A stretch of 64,000 nucleotides of DNA from Verrucomicrobiia bacterium (GTDB taxonomy: Bacteria; Verrucomicrobiota; Verrucomicrobiia; Limisphaerales; UBA1319), in assembly GCA_963664225.1 (NCBI GenBank), contig OY760937.1:4480001-4544000 (forward strand), read 5' to 3'. Under the pieces are notes generated by a model. It was not told the DNA's origin. It saw only the letters and a program-made list of their open reading frames with translations, and made no database searches. Shown in pieces: positions 1-9,700 of the stretch; positions within the stretch are counted from its first letter, which is position 1, and each line of letters opens with the position of its first letter. The position numbers were made by a program, and so were the translations under genes.

Positions 1-2179
1 AGATTAGGGCGTCAAAGATGCGGTCTTTCAGCGGGTCATTCATGTCCGCCAAAGCCCAAAGCAAATACCCCGGATTATGCCCGCAAAAGTCGCCATGAGG
101 CATGCCGGGCTGGTTGGGAATAAACCCTCGTTCATTCACATGCTGTTTCATTTTCTTCGCGCACTGGATTGCCAACCGAGGATTATTTCCAAGGCTATGG
201 AAGTAAACCGGCATGAAAAGAAAATTGGAAATAGGAAACCGGGGCCTTTCCCCGTGCTCGCCTCGATACCAATCGTACATTCCTGTCTCTGCATTCCAGA
301 AATTGGAATACAGGGAGCCACGGATGGATTTAAGCATCTCCTTGTAGCGGGCTATTTTCTCGTTTTCACCGCGCTGCTCCAGATAGCGGATGAAGAAATC
401 CAGTGAGGCTTCGCATAACAACAAAGAGGGCATAGACCATTTTCCAGGCAGGTCCCAGAGTTTGATTCCCGCCCCGCCGGATTCTGTTTCATCCCTGTTA
501 AAGGGCAATTTCCAACCATTGGTCCGAGCGCAATCCAACTGGCATTTCATGGAAAACCGAAGGGATTCGTCGATGCTCTTCAGGGTTTCCATGTCGCCGG
601 TTGCTTTGAAATAGTTTTCTGCAATCAACATATACAAGGCAGGTGTTTCCGAGGACCAGTTCGCCTCGTCTCCAAAGCCCGGGAATTGCCCATCGCATCC
701 AATATTTGCTGCATTGGGTATGGGGAATTTCCCCTGAGACTTGAGCAGCTTGTATTTGTTATGCACCCATAACAAATAGCCTTTTGCCTCGGCGCTATGC
801 CCTGCGGCCAGCATTCCGCGCAGCGCGCTGTGAGTGTCCCGGATGTAGGAGGTTGTATAAAACCGGGGGGTGCACATAATCCCCCCATCTTCTCCCTGGA
901 GCATTTTAATCAGGCAGGAATTGGCCTCGACGATGTCGCGAACCCGAAGATCAGAAATCTGCTCCAAGGATATGCCTTCCGCCAACCACTTGCTCCACTG
1001 CTTGATGCAGTTTTCAAGGTCCGTGGAAACATCATGCGCGTGGATTTGTTCAATGATGCCCTTGCTGTCATCCTTGGTTCGGTGAGCATAGTGATAAAAA
1101 CCGGTTTGATAGGTCTTCCCGGGCTCGATGGTTGCCCCTTTTGTTCTCATGCTATACCTGCCATCAGAAATTTCAGTTAAAGACTGCGGTTCAGACGCGG
1201 CAATCGTCACTCCCAAATCGCCCTCTTGAATCATGCGCAGACCAACTTTCTCTATTATGGTGGGTTTCGTATTTACTGCAGACCCGCCGCTATCCCTGGC
1301 GACCGCGGGCTTGATGCTTGCTTTTATGACGCAAACATGAGGATTGGCCGTCTCATTCTTCACAAACACGGCTCTTATCACGAGAGGCGTGCCCTGAAGC
1401 GCGAAATCGATTAAATGCACGGTGATGCCCCCAATATTGGTCACACTCGCGAATGCTCCGGTTCCTCTGACTCGCTTCAAATCTTTGCCAAGAGAATATT
1501 CCTTGCCATCCAGGCTTATTGAAACCTTTTCCTCTTCAACATAGCTGACCGATGAATAGGCAGGCCCTATCAAATAATCCCAAACCCCATCGGGGCTGCC
1601 GCCAGCGCCAGCAATGCCATTTCCAAAGAAATTCTTCTCGAGCGGGCCCAAGTAGGGTGTCTGTGGCGGCAATGGTGTGCTTCCCAAAAGCAGTTTGCTG
1701 TGCGAATCCCTTTTAGTGAATGAAAACCATTCGATCACAGGACTAAATGTTCCATTGGCTCCCAGCAAGGCCAAATATACAGAATGCACACCCTCCACGT
1801 CATAAATTCCGGCTTGGGCGATATACCAATCCGTGCCGCCATCCCTCTGGGAAATCAGACACTTGCCGATTTGTTTGCCGGAAGGGCTGTCCAGCCGAAT
1901 ATCGATCCAGCCGGTGGGCAAATAGATCGCGCGGACATTCGCAATGAAACCGGAAACCTGGTTCCCTTGACCAAAGTCCACATTCTGAAATTCGTAAGTT
2001 CCAGACGACGGAATGCGATCAAATGCCGTCATTTGAATCTTATCAAAGGCACTCTTGGTCGGCTGCGATGCCAATTTTGATCCTTTGCCTGTTTTAGCGC
2101 TGCCGTGCGCCAATGGCGCTAATGACAAACAGATAAGAATCAATGAGGCGCAAATGAACCGTGCGGCGCTGCATTTCAT
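1..2179 (-). CDS. Secreted CBM6-like + six-hairpin (alpha/alpha)6 glycoside hydrolase-like protein; 3' end runs off the window
   Basis: Absent from the ORF track because no stop lies in the window. Manually translated segments share one frame: signal peptide MKCSAARFICASLILICLSLAPLAHG, CBM6-like VDFGQG...WIDIRLDSPSGKQIG, GH15-like YTTSYIRDTHSALRGMLAAGH and FWNAETGMYDW. Alternative in-frame ATG at 2239. Confidence 0.75.
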   Translation of the reverse strand, partial: MKCSAARFICASLILICLSLAPLAHGSAKTGKGSKLASQPTKSAFDKIQMTAFDRIPSSGTYEFQNVDFGQGNQVSGFIANVRAIYLPTGWIDIRLDSPSGKQIGKCLISQRDGGTDWYIAQAGIYDVEGVHSVYLALLGANGTFSPVIEWFSFTKRDSHSKLLLGSTPLPPQTPYLGPLEKNFFGNGIAGAGGSPDGVWDYLIGPAYSSVSYVEEEKVSISLDGKEYSLGKDLKRVRGTGAFASVTNIGGITVHLIDFALQGTPLVIRAVFVKNETANPHVCVIKASIKPAVARDSGGSAVNTKPTIIEKVGLRMIQEGDLGVTIAASEPQSLTEISDGRYSMRTKGATIEPGKTYQTGFYHYAHRTKDDSKGIIEQIHAHDVSTDLENCIKQWSKWLAEGISLEQISDLRVRDIVEANSCLIKMLQGEDGGIMCTPRFYTTSYIRDTHSALRGMLAAGHSAEAKGYLLWVHNKYKLLKSQGKFPIPNAANIGCDGQFPGFGDEANWSSETPALYMLIAENYFKATGDMETLKSIDESLRFSMKCQLDCARTNGWKLPFNRDETESGGAGIKLWDLPGKWSMPSLLLCEASLDFFIRYLEQRGENEKIARYKEMLKSIRGSLYSNFWNAETGMYDWYRGEHGERPRFPISNFLFMPVYFHSLGNNPRLAIQCAKKMKQHVNERGFIPNQPGMPHGDFCGHNPGYLLWALADMNDPLKDRIFDALI

Positions 2180-2243
2180 GGTGTTAAACGCAAAAGGGTC
2201 GGTCCCGGAATTCGGATTATTGTATATTGTATTGTTCATGAAA

Positions 2244-2562
2244 GTGAAAGTGGTCAGATCATGGAAACGTTCATTTATTATATACTTATACCATTCATCT
2301 AATTCCCTATTGAGCCTGCGGCTGCTTTTGATTTTGCATTCATTTATGCACGTTCGCGTTGGCCGCGGTCACCTGCTTGCGGAAGTAATCCTCACGGCTG
2401 GCAGAACGTGAAAGGGGTCAGACCATGAAAACGTTCATTTATTATTTACTTATACCATTCATTTTATTCCCTATTGAGCCTGCAGCTGCTTTTGATTTTG
2501 CATCCACTTATGCACGTTCGCGTTGGTCACGGTCACCTGCTTGCGGAAGTCTTCCTCACGGC
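2244..2562. repeat. Imperfect tandem duplication, two ~155-bp copies, period 164 bp
   Basis: 2244-2398 and 2408-2562 align (gtgaaag.ggtcaga.catg.aaacgttcatttatta...acctgcttgcggaagt..tcctcacggc). Confidence 0.9.
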
Positions 2563-2700
2563 GATCATCCACGACGGCACTGTTGACTGCCACAGAGGCG
2601 CTTGTATTGGCAATGCCCAACACATCCAATCCTCCCCGCACATCCCGGCTGATGTATTTGTTAACTGTATTGGCGGGGGACCTGTCCCGTTCAAGACAAA
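2471..2700 (-). pseudogene. Possible relic of an RHS/YD-repeat protein gene
   Basis: Peptide ANTVNKYISRDVRGGLDVLGIANTSASVAVNSAVVDDRREEDFRKQVTVTN (second copy EDYFRKQV) resembles, from memory, the 'N.LNQY.SR.VPG..DV.G.A...V.VN....RKGEYFRKEL' segment of verrucomicrobial RHS proteins; no credible start. Confidence 0.4.
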
Positions 2701-3058
2701 CGGTGATTCCTAGCCGCCGCTCCTGACGGCTGCCAGAACGGGAAGATGTCTGCGCAGAACATTTCACACGAACCGATTGTGCGCCCATTCGAGCCGTTGG
2801 ACAACCTTCGTTTTGTCGCTGTTTTCCGACGGGCGCATGACAAAAATCAGCAAGTGGAAAAAACGGCTCACGCGCTCTTACCGTAACGCGGGATGCCTCG
2901 CCTGCGGGTTCCAAGGGCGGCCTCGCCCCAGGACCTCACCGTATATACTCCAATGGCCTTTATTGGGGCTTTTTCCCATCGCCGAAGAATTTTGTTCCAC
3001 GCCCCTCGCAGCCTTTTTTCGGATTTGACGATTTGGCCTTTGCGTCCAAAGATAAAGC

Positions 3059-4312
3059 ATGAGCCCGATCTTTAATCTACCCATCATTAACCGCGTAGTG
3101 TCCAAAGCCAGTTGTCGATCCGCGGCAGGGCGGAATCAGAATGAACAGCGCATCCTGGTTATGGCTGCTTCCCTTATCTTTTGCGCGCTTTTGGTGACGC
3201 CGCTTGTCGCAGCTCCGACACCGGTCGCCGCGCCCGGCAAGAAGCTCATCGAATATGGCTGGGACGTGCCAACGCCCGTCCAGATGCGCGATGAACTTTC
3301 CGCCATGGAAAAACGTCCGTTCGATGGGCTTATCTTCCGGTTGAGCGCCGGCCACAACGCATTCGTCACGAAACCACTGGAGGCGGCCAATTTCGCGGAG
3401 GACGAACGCATCCTCCGGGACTTGCCCTTCACGCGCTTCAGCGACAACTTTGTGTTGGTCTGGGGCTCGCCGCCGGCCGACTTCGATTGGTTCAATGACA
3501 CCCAGTGGAGTGCGATCGAGGCGAACGCCAGGTTGCTCGTGGGCATTGCCCAAGCCGGTCGCGTGCGGGGCATCTGCTTTGATCCTGAGCCGTATGACTT
3601 CAGCTTGTGGGACTATGCCAAACAGTCTGCGACTAATTCCCACACCTTCGCCGAGTACCGGGCCAAAGTGCGGCAGCGCGGCGCCCAGCTCATGCGCGCG
3701 TTTGAGAAGCCCATGCCCGGTGCCACCATCCTGACATTCTTTCACGTGAGCCTCTTTGATCGATTTGCGACGCTGTCCGAGGCCCAGCGCACGGAGCGGT
3801 TGGCGAAGGATGGCTGGGGGCTCATGCCCGATTTCTTCGTGGGCATGTTGGAAGGCGCCAGCCCCAAGGCGCGGTTCATCGATGGCAACGAGAACGCCTA
3901 CTATTACACCTCACGCGAGCAATATTTCCGAGGGTATCATGCCATGCGCGAACGCGCGCGGGGCCTGGTGCCCGCCGATCTTCGCGAGAAATACGACCGG
4001 CAGGTTCAGGCGGGGCAGGCGCTCTACGTGGACCAGAACTTTGCTCTGCGGCAGCCCAACACGGAGCAGTATGTGAGCTTTCGCATGACGCCGGAGGAGC
4101 GAGCCAGATGGTTTGAGCACAACACCTACTGGGCTCTTTACACCACGGACGAATATGTCTGGTGCTACAGCGAACGGATGAACTGGTGGAAAAACCAGGT
4201 GCCGCCCGGTCTGGAGTCGGCTATCGTGAGCGCGCGGCAGAAAATCGCCGAGGGCAAGCCCTTTGGTTTCGACATTGAGCCGCTCATTGAAGCCGTCGGC
4301 AAGCGAAAGTAA
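3059..4312 (+). CDS. Secreted uncharacterised protein, probable TIM-barrel glycoside-hydrolase-like fold
   Basis: 417-aa ORF; signal peptide from likely start 3161 (MAASLIFCALLVTPLVAA); motifs KKLIEYGWD, RGICFDPEPY, FIDGNENAYYY. Confidence 0.7.
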   Translation: MSPIFNLPIINRVVSKASCRSAAGRNQNEQRILVMAASLIFCALLVTPLVAAPTPVAAPGKKLIEYGWDVPTPVQMRDELSAMEKRPFDGLIFRLSAGHNAFVTKPLEAANFAEDERILRDLPFTRFSDNFVLVWGSPPADFDWFNDTQWSAIEANARLLVGIAQAGRVRGICFDPEPYDFSLWDYAKQSATNSHTFAEYRAKVRQRGAQLMRAFEKPMPGATILTFFHVSLFDRFATLSEAQRTERLAKDGWGLMPDFFVGMLEGASPKARFIDGNENAYYYTSREQYFRGYHAMRERARGLVPADLREKYDRQVQAGQALYVDQNFALRQPNTEQYVSFRMTPEERARWFEHNTYWALYTTDEYVWCYSERMNWWKNQVPPGLESAIVSARQKIAEGKPFGFDIEPLIEAVGKRK

Positions 4313-4367
4313 GCGATAGTCGTGCCGCGGGCCATCGACCCAGCCCGAATGATCCATGACGGAAAGC

Positions 4368-5534
4368 TTACTGCACCCGTCCGTGCCTTTCCAATGGGGG
4401 CAGCGCGGGGAATGGAGCATGCGGCTCGGCCTGATACCAATAGGCGACCGAGGCGATATCGTCCGAGAGTAACTTGTATTTGCCGTCGTCACCCCAGCCC
4501 AGGGCCTGAATGGTGACCTTCAAATCGTGGTTGAAGCAGATGGGGTCCAGGATGTGCCATCGATAGAGGCTCCAATAATTCGGCGGCTGATGGTTGTCGC
4601 TGGCGGGAAGAGTGGTTCCACAGTAGGCGGTTGTGAAGGACTCTGGGAAACCGTAACTCCCGCCAAAATAATCCTCTGTGCCCGTGCCGCAAATGGTGGG
4701 GAACTGGCCGTCGCCGTCCATGAAGAATTTGATTTCACCTTCTCCGAACCAGCCCTTGCGGCGTTGCGTATAGGCCAGAAAGGTGCCGACATAGCGACCT
4801 TTACCCTTCACGCCATCCAGGATCACGTAGGGATTCTGCTGCGCGGTGTCTGCCCGGCGCCATTGGGCGTGGAAGTAGCCTGTATGCGCAGGCACCGGCG
4901 CCAGGGCATAATTGATCTGGAAGGCCAGCAACTCGAGGTCCTTGCCGGCTTCGTTCGAGAAGGTCACGCGGGCATGGCGCTTGAAGGGCATGGGCCAATA
5001 GCAATTCATGGCGTTGGCGGGGTTCACGACCACGACCTGGGAATTGACACGGGCAAACGACTCGTGCCCCACCGCGAAGAAATCCGGCGCGGGAACCTCG
5101 ACGGATGGGGTGGCCTCGTTGTCCCAGTAAATACGCACAATATTGGCCCGGCTCAGGCCTTCCACCATCCAGATATGCTGAATCACGCCGGGACCGTCCA
5201 CGTCCATCAGCGTAACGGTTTGGCCTGCGTTCACCCGGAGAAAGGGTTTAACCTTCCAACCCTGGCCGAGATTGTCGGCGGCCCGTGCACTGGCCGCAGG
5301 CTTGGATTCGCCCGGATTGGGAATCGCCATGCCACCCTGACCCTTGGCGCCGGTCAGGTTTTCGGCCGAGATCGAACGCGTCTGCGCATCGGTCAGCACG
5401 GGCAAACTGGCCAGGCCGCCGCTCAGAGCGGGCGATGAAAACGAGGCGGTTGGTTTTTGGCAGGGAGTGCCACAACCTGTCAACCAGGCGAACAGCGAGG
5501 CTGATAGAACCAGAGCGAAATTACGGGGATTCAT
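4368..5534 (-). CDS. DUF2961 / GH172 family glycoside hydrolase, lipoprotein
   Basis: Lipobox LTGC; TRSISAEN.TGAKG.GG, GPGVIQHIW, NCYWPMPF, YFHAQWRR, WFGEGEIKFFMDGD, GTGTEDYF, YRWHILDPI, DDIASVAYWYQ. Confidence 0.9.
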   Translation of the reverse strand: MNPRNFALVLSASLFAWLTGCGTPCQKPTASFSSPALSGGLASLPVLTDAQTRSISAENLTGAKGQGGMAIPNPGESKPAASARAADNLGQGWKVKPFLRVNAGQTVTLMDVDGPGVIQHIWMVEGLSRANIVRIYWDNEATPSVEVPAPDFFAVGHESFARVNSQVVVVNPANAMNCYWPMPFKRHARVTFSNEAGKDLELLAFQINYALAPVPAHTGYFHAQWRRADTAQQNPYVILDGVKGKGRYVGTFLAYTQRRKGWFGEGEIKFFMDGDGQFPTICGTGTEDYFGGSYGFPESFTTAYCGTTLPASDNHQPPNYWSLYRWHILDPICFNHDLKVTIQALGWGDDGKYKLLSDDIASVAYWYQAEPHAPFPALPPLERHGRVQ

Positions 5535-5751
5535 GCGTCCAATATTCCGTGGCCGATGGCTTCACGCAACGATAATGAAAGGGCTAATTCGGCATGGAAT
5601 TAACCGCAAAGCACATTCCCGAGCAGCGACCGCGCGTCAACGACCTGCGTGTCGAGTTCCTTCGGACCCGCGCTCTTGGCCTCCTCCGCAGTCAACGACA
5701 GAGCGGCAAGAAGCACGGGCAAAATGGAGGAAATTGGCTGGAGCGTTCTGG

Positions 5752-6396
5752 TCATGCGACTGGTGATTTGGCGTGGTCATTGAAATAACCATATGCGCAC
5801 TCCACGGACTTGACTGTGAGCCACCAATCCAGTGCAAGAATCATGGCGCCGCCGCCCAAAATAATGCCGAGAATCATCCCGGTGGTCACCTGAAACGGAA
5901 GGCCGAACATTCCCTGGAGATTGTGGGCTGTTGAATGATCAACCAGGGCGATTGAGGCGGATGCAATACACACCAATCCCAGGATGCTCGTTGTAAAAAC
6001 AGCGACTTGCCGCGCAGCCTTTCGCATGCGGGCGGAGTCCGCGCCGCTGTGGGCCAGCCAACAGCCGATAAAAAGTCCGGCAGGCAAGGCAAGCATGACA
6101 TTGAACACCGGAACTCCCATGAAAAATCCGAACATCCCGATGGAATAAAACAGGTAAACGGCCATCCAGACCCAGGACTTCATCGAATAGGCGCGACGAA
6201 CCCAACCTCCAAGGAAAATCACATCAACGAGGATCCCCAAAAGAATCCCGCCCAGGGCAAAAAGAACAATCCGGGATTCTGGAACGAAAGGGATGCTGAT
6301 CCACCACCCCGCCAGAAAGCAGGCGATGACAGGCACCGCTCCAAATATAATGCCTATCCCTGCATTTTCGATTTTTCGCATCGCATTTGTTTTCAT
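5752..6396 (-). CDS. Hypothetical multi-pass membrane protein
   Basis: 214 aa with about six hydrophobic segments; GFFMGVPVFN motif. Confidence 0.7.
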   Translation of the reverse strand: MKTNAMRKIENAGIGIIFGAVPVIACFLAGWWISIPFVPESRIVLFALGGILLGILVDVIFLGGWVRRAYSMKSWVWMAVYLFYSIGMFGFFMGVPVFNVMLALPAGLFIGCWLAHSGADSARMRKAARQVAVFTTSILGLVCIASASIALVDHSTAHNLQGMFGLPFQVTTGMILGIILGGGAMILALDWWLTVKSVECAYGYFNDHAKSPVA

Positions 6397-6654
6397 AATT
6401 GATCAGGACTGATGTGAAAGTGCCTGACGATCAATCCACCACCGGAGGTCTCTCCGCGGCGACGATATTCAGTATGGTCCGATGGAGTGATCGAGTCAAG
6501 TAGAATAACATGTATGAAAAAGCTGAAATGAGGACATTGCCTTGCAAGAATACGGGGATCGGCGGTGGCAGAATGGACGGATGCCAGGCTTGGGCAATGG
6601 AGAGAACAGGATTTAAATCAACGCGCACAGCGTCGGGAATTCTGGAGAGCGATC

Positions 6655-6687
6655 ACACCGGGTGGAACTCTGCGTTCAACCCGGTGT
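6655..6687. terminator. GC-rich hairpin downstream of the CotH gene (terminator-like or REP-like)
   Basis: acaccgggt-g-gaac / gttc-a-acccggtgt inverted repeat; no clear U-tract. Confidence 0.4.
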
Positions 6688-6764
6688 TGAGAGATTGAAA
6701 CCAGTTCCGCGTTGCCGAAGCGTATTGGCATTTCGTTTTCGTCAACCATTCTGCCCAATGATCC

Positions 6765-9700
6765 TTACTTCTTGAGCCGGTAAAAGCGCGCGACGGAGTT
6801 GGTGTCGAGTGACGCTTGTGTGCCGCTGACGTTGGGCACGGCTGACCATTGCGGTTGTGAGAGGCTGTCGGTGAATTCCAGGGTGTAGCCCGTGGCAGTA
6901 TCGGGCCAGGTAATGAGGATGCTCGATCCGGAGATTTGCACCGAAAGCGAGGGAGGAGCGGTATTCGTGAAGGTGGCTGCCGTCAGCGCGCTCCAGACGC
7001 CGGATTTGAGGGTGCGGGCCAGAACGGTCTGGCTGGTGCCGATGGTGATCGGTCCCTGATAAGTTTTCGCTCCAGAATAAATAGCGCCGCCCACAACTCG
7101 GGGATCCACGCCGTTGGTGGTGTAATAAGTCACGCCGGAGGCAGAGCTTATGGAAAGCTGGACCGGCGCGGTGAATTCGCCGCCCTGGGCGCTGAATTCG
7201 GGGGCGGCCAATCGTGGATACAAGTCGGCGTTGATGAGTTGGTTGATGAGCAGACTGGTGCGCTGCGGGAAGAAGTCCGTGAGCAGCCGTTGTTTTTCCG
7301 TGAGCCATTCCGCGTTGCGCGTGTAGGGCTTGGAGGTGCGGACGACATCGCCCCAGCGGGCGGATTCGCCGACGATGGCGCTGTCGATGGAGTCGCAGAG
7401 GGAGAGAAAGCGCGGGATCGTCTGGTTGGTGGTGAGGGCGCCATTGTTGAATAATTGGAGGTGCGCGCGGTCCGCAAAGAGCTGCCGCCATTCGGCGTTT
7501 TGCCGGAGCTGGTTGTAAAGGTAGGCGGGCGAATTGGCCTCGCTGGAATCCGCGCCCACAGTGGTGCGATCAGCGGGGACCCATGGGGGCGTTTCCAGGG
7601 TGTATTCGGCATCCCAGGCAAAGAAGTGGAACAGGGCATTGGTTTCGCGTTTGCGGGCGGCGTTCCAATTCTGCCAGGGCCAGTCCACGGTGGCGCAATA
7701 GAAATTGAGCATCATGTAATCGGCCAGGTTGGTCACATTGGCGTATTGCTGGATTTTCGCGTAGGAAGTTGCGTCTGTGACGCCGCCCCTTGCAATGGCG
7801 AACATTTGATTCCACGCGATGGTGTTGCCGTCGGTGGCCACGGGCACGGTGCTGGGATCGCTGAAGATCGCGTCGTAATCCTCCTTGAGACCGCCGAGAT
7901 AGGCGGCAGCGAAGGAGGCATCGGTGCGTTCGCTGGGATTGTAGAGCCCCCAATAGAGGCCGTCGATGTAGAGGTGGACGAACCGCTCGTGCGCGCTCGG
8001 ACTGCCCATGGCCCGCTGGCTGTCCTTGGTGAACTGGTCGCGCACGTAGATGGCGTGCGTGCGCTCCGCGCCGTCGGCGTTGCCGTTGTTCAGCGGCCCG
8101 GAATAGTCGGTGCGCACCCAGGACATGTTGAAGTTGGGGCGGAACGCCAGGGAGTCAAACTCGGTCAGGTCGGAATTGTCGAAAAACTTGTATTTCAGTT
8201 TGCCGCTGCCGTATTTCGCGCGGAAGAACAAGCCAACCCCGTGCTTGGGCGACATGCTGCGGCTGGCGGAGCCGACGATATGCGTGCCGCAGTTGATCTG
8301 GAATCCCGGTTGCGAGCCGTCCGGGAAGAACATTTCCGCCGAGCATGGTTTTTCGTAATCCTCACCCCGCGAAGAGGCCTGGGTATAGATGCCCGCGGGG
8401 CCCCAAAAATCGTCCGGGTTCAACACAATGCTGACCACGGGCAGCGATTTGAGATCATTGCGAATACGGCCGGCATAGGCGGCATTGGTGACCACGCGGG
8501 GGTCCATCTGCCAATCGTTACCCCAGGCGGTGGGCATGCCCGCACCGGTTTGGGCGAGCACCTGGTCCATAAACAAGTAAGTGCAGGTCACCGAGCCGGG
8601 GACCAGCCAGCCGTCCAGAAACGCGTTTGCGCGCACGCAGGTGGTGCCCGTGATGGCAATCGGGCCGGTGTAGCGCGTGCCGGTGGTCACGGTGGGTTCG
8701 ACGCCGTTGGTGGTGTAATAAATCGCGGCTTGCGCGGTGGCACAGGCCAGCGCCAGTGTGAACGGGGCGTCATAGAATCCACGCGCACGATCGAACTGGA
8801 CGGTTTCGATGACGCCCAGATATCCGGCGCCATTGGCGGCCCCGGGCGTCGGTTCAGGAAAGTAACGCGCACCCAGGCTGGTTTCCGCGACTCCGGCCAG
8901 TGCGGGCAAAATGAGAAAATCCGAATCGCCGGGGCTCAGGTTAAGGCCGTGGATGGCGAGCACGTTTGAACCGGTTTGCAGCGCGCCCAATGCGGCGGAC
9001 ACGTCCATCTTCTCCCATGTGGTGGCCAAAGCCAGCGGATGTTCCGCGGTGGCGGCGGAGTTCCACACGAGGGGGTCCGGGGCATTGAGGGCCGCCACGG
9101 GCGTTCCGTTGAGATAGGCGGCGAAGCCATCGTCATACTGGAGGCTCAATTCGAGCGAGGTGAACGACGCGCCCTCCGGCACGGTAAAGGGCACGCGCAG
9201 CCAGGCGCTGGAGTTGACCCCGCGCATGGCTTTGCCGATATCGGTGGCCACCGCGCCGCCCACACCCGTGAGCGCGGCGGGGGAAACGCCCTGATAAAGC
9301 CGCTGGATTTGGTCCGCGGTCAGCGCAGAGGTCCAGAGGGAGATGTCATCGAGCAGGCCATCGGCATTTTCGCCCGGAGCCCCGGGATCGCCGCCCCAAT
9401 AAAATGGATTTTGCGCAATGTCGCTGCTGGCGATAGAGTTGCCCACCACGACGCCATTTTCGTAATACTGCATTTCGGCCCCGTTTTTCACCACCGCCAG
9501 ATGCAGCCATTGGTCGGAAGGGAGGATGTGCGAAATGAAACCCACGTTGCCGTCGCGGTAATATTCGAAATTGCTGGGTGTGAACTTGATGAATTGGACC
9601 GCGTCGGGGCCGCCGCCGGAGCGGTTGCCCAGCACGACGCAATTCCCGTTCGGCACCGAGCGCTGCCGGTACCAGAACGACCAGGTGAAATTGCTGGTGG

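Noticed and set aside
77..2411. Short plus-strand ORFs listed in the track
   Set aside because: They are antisense to the CBM6-glycosidase gene on the minus strand.
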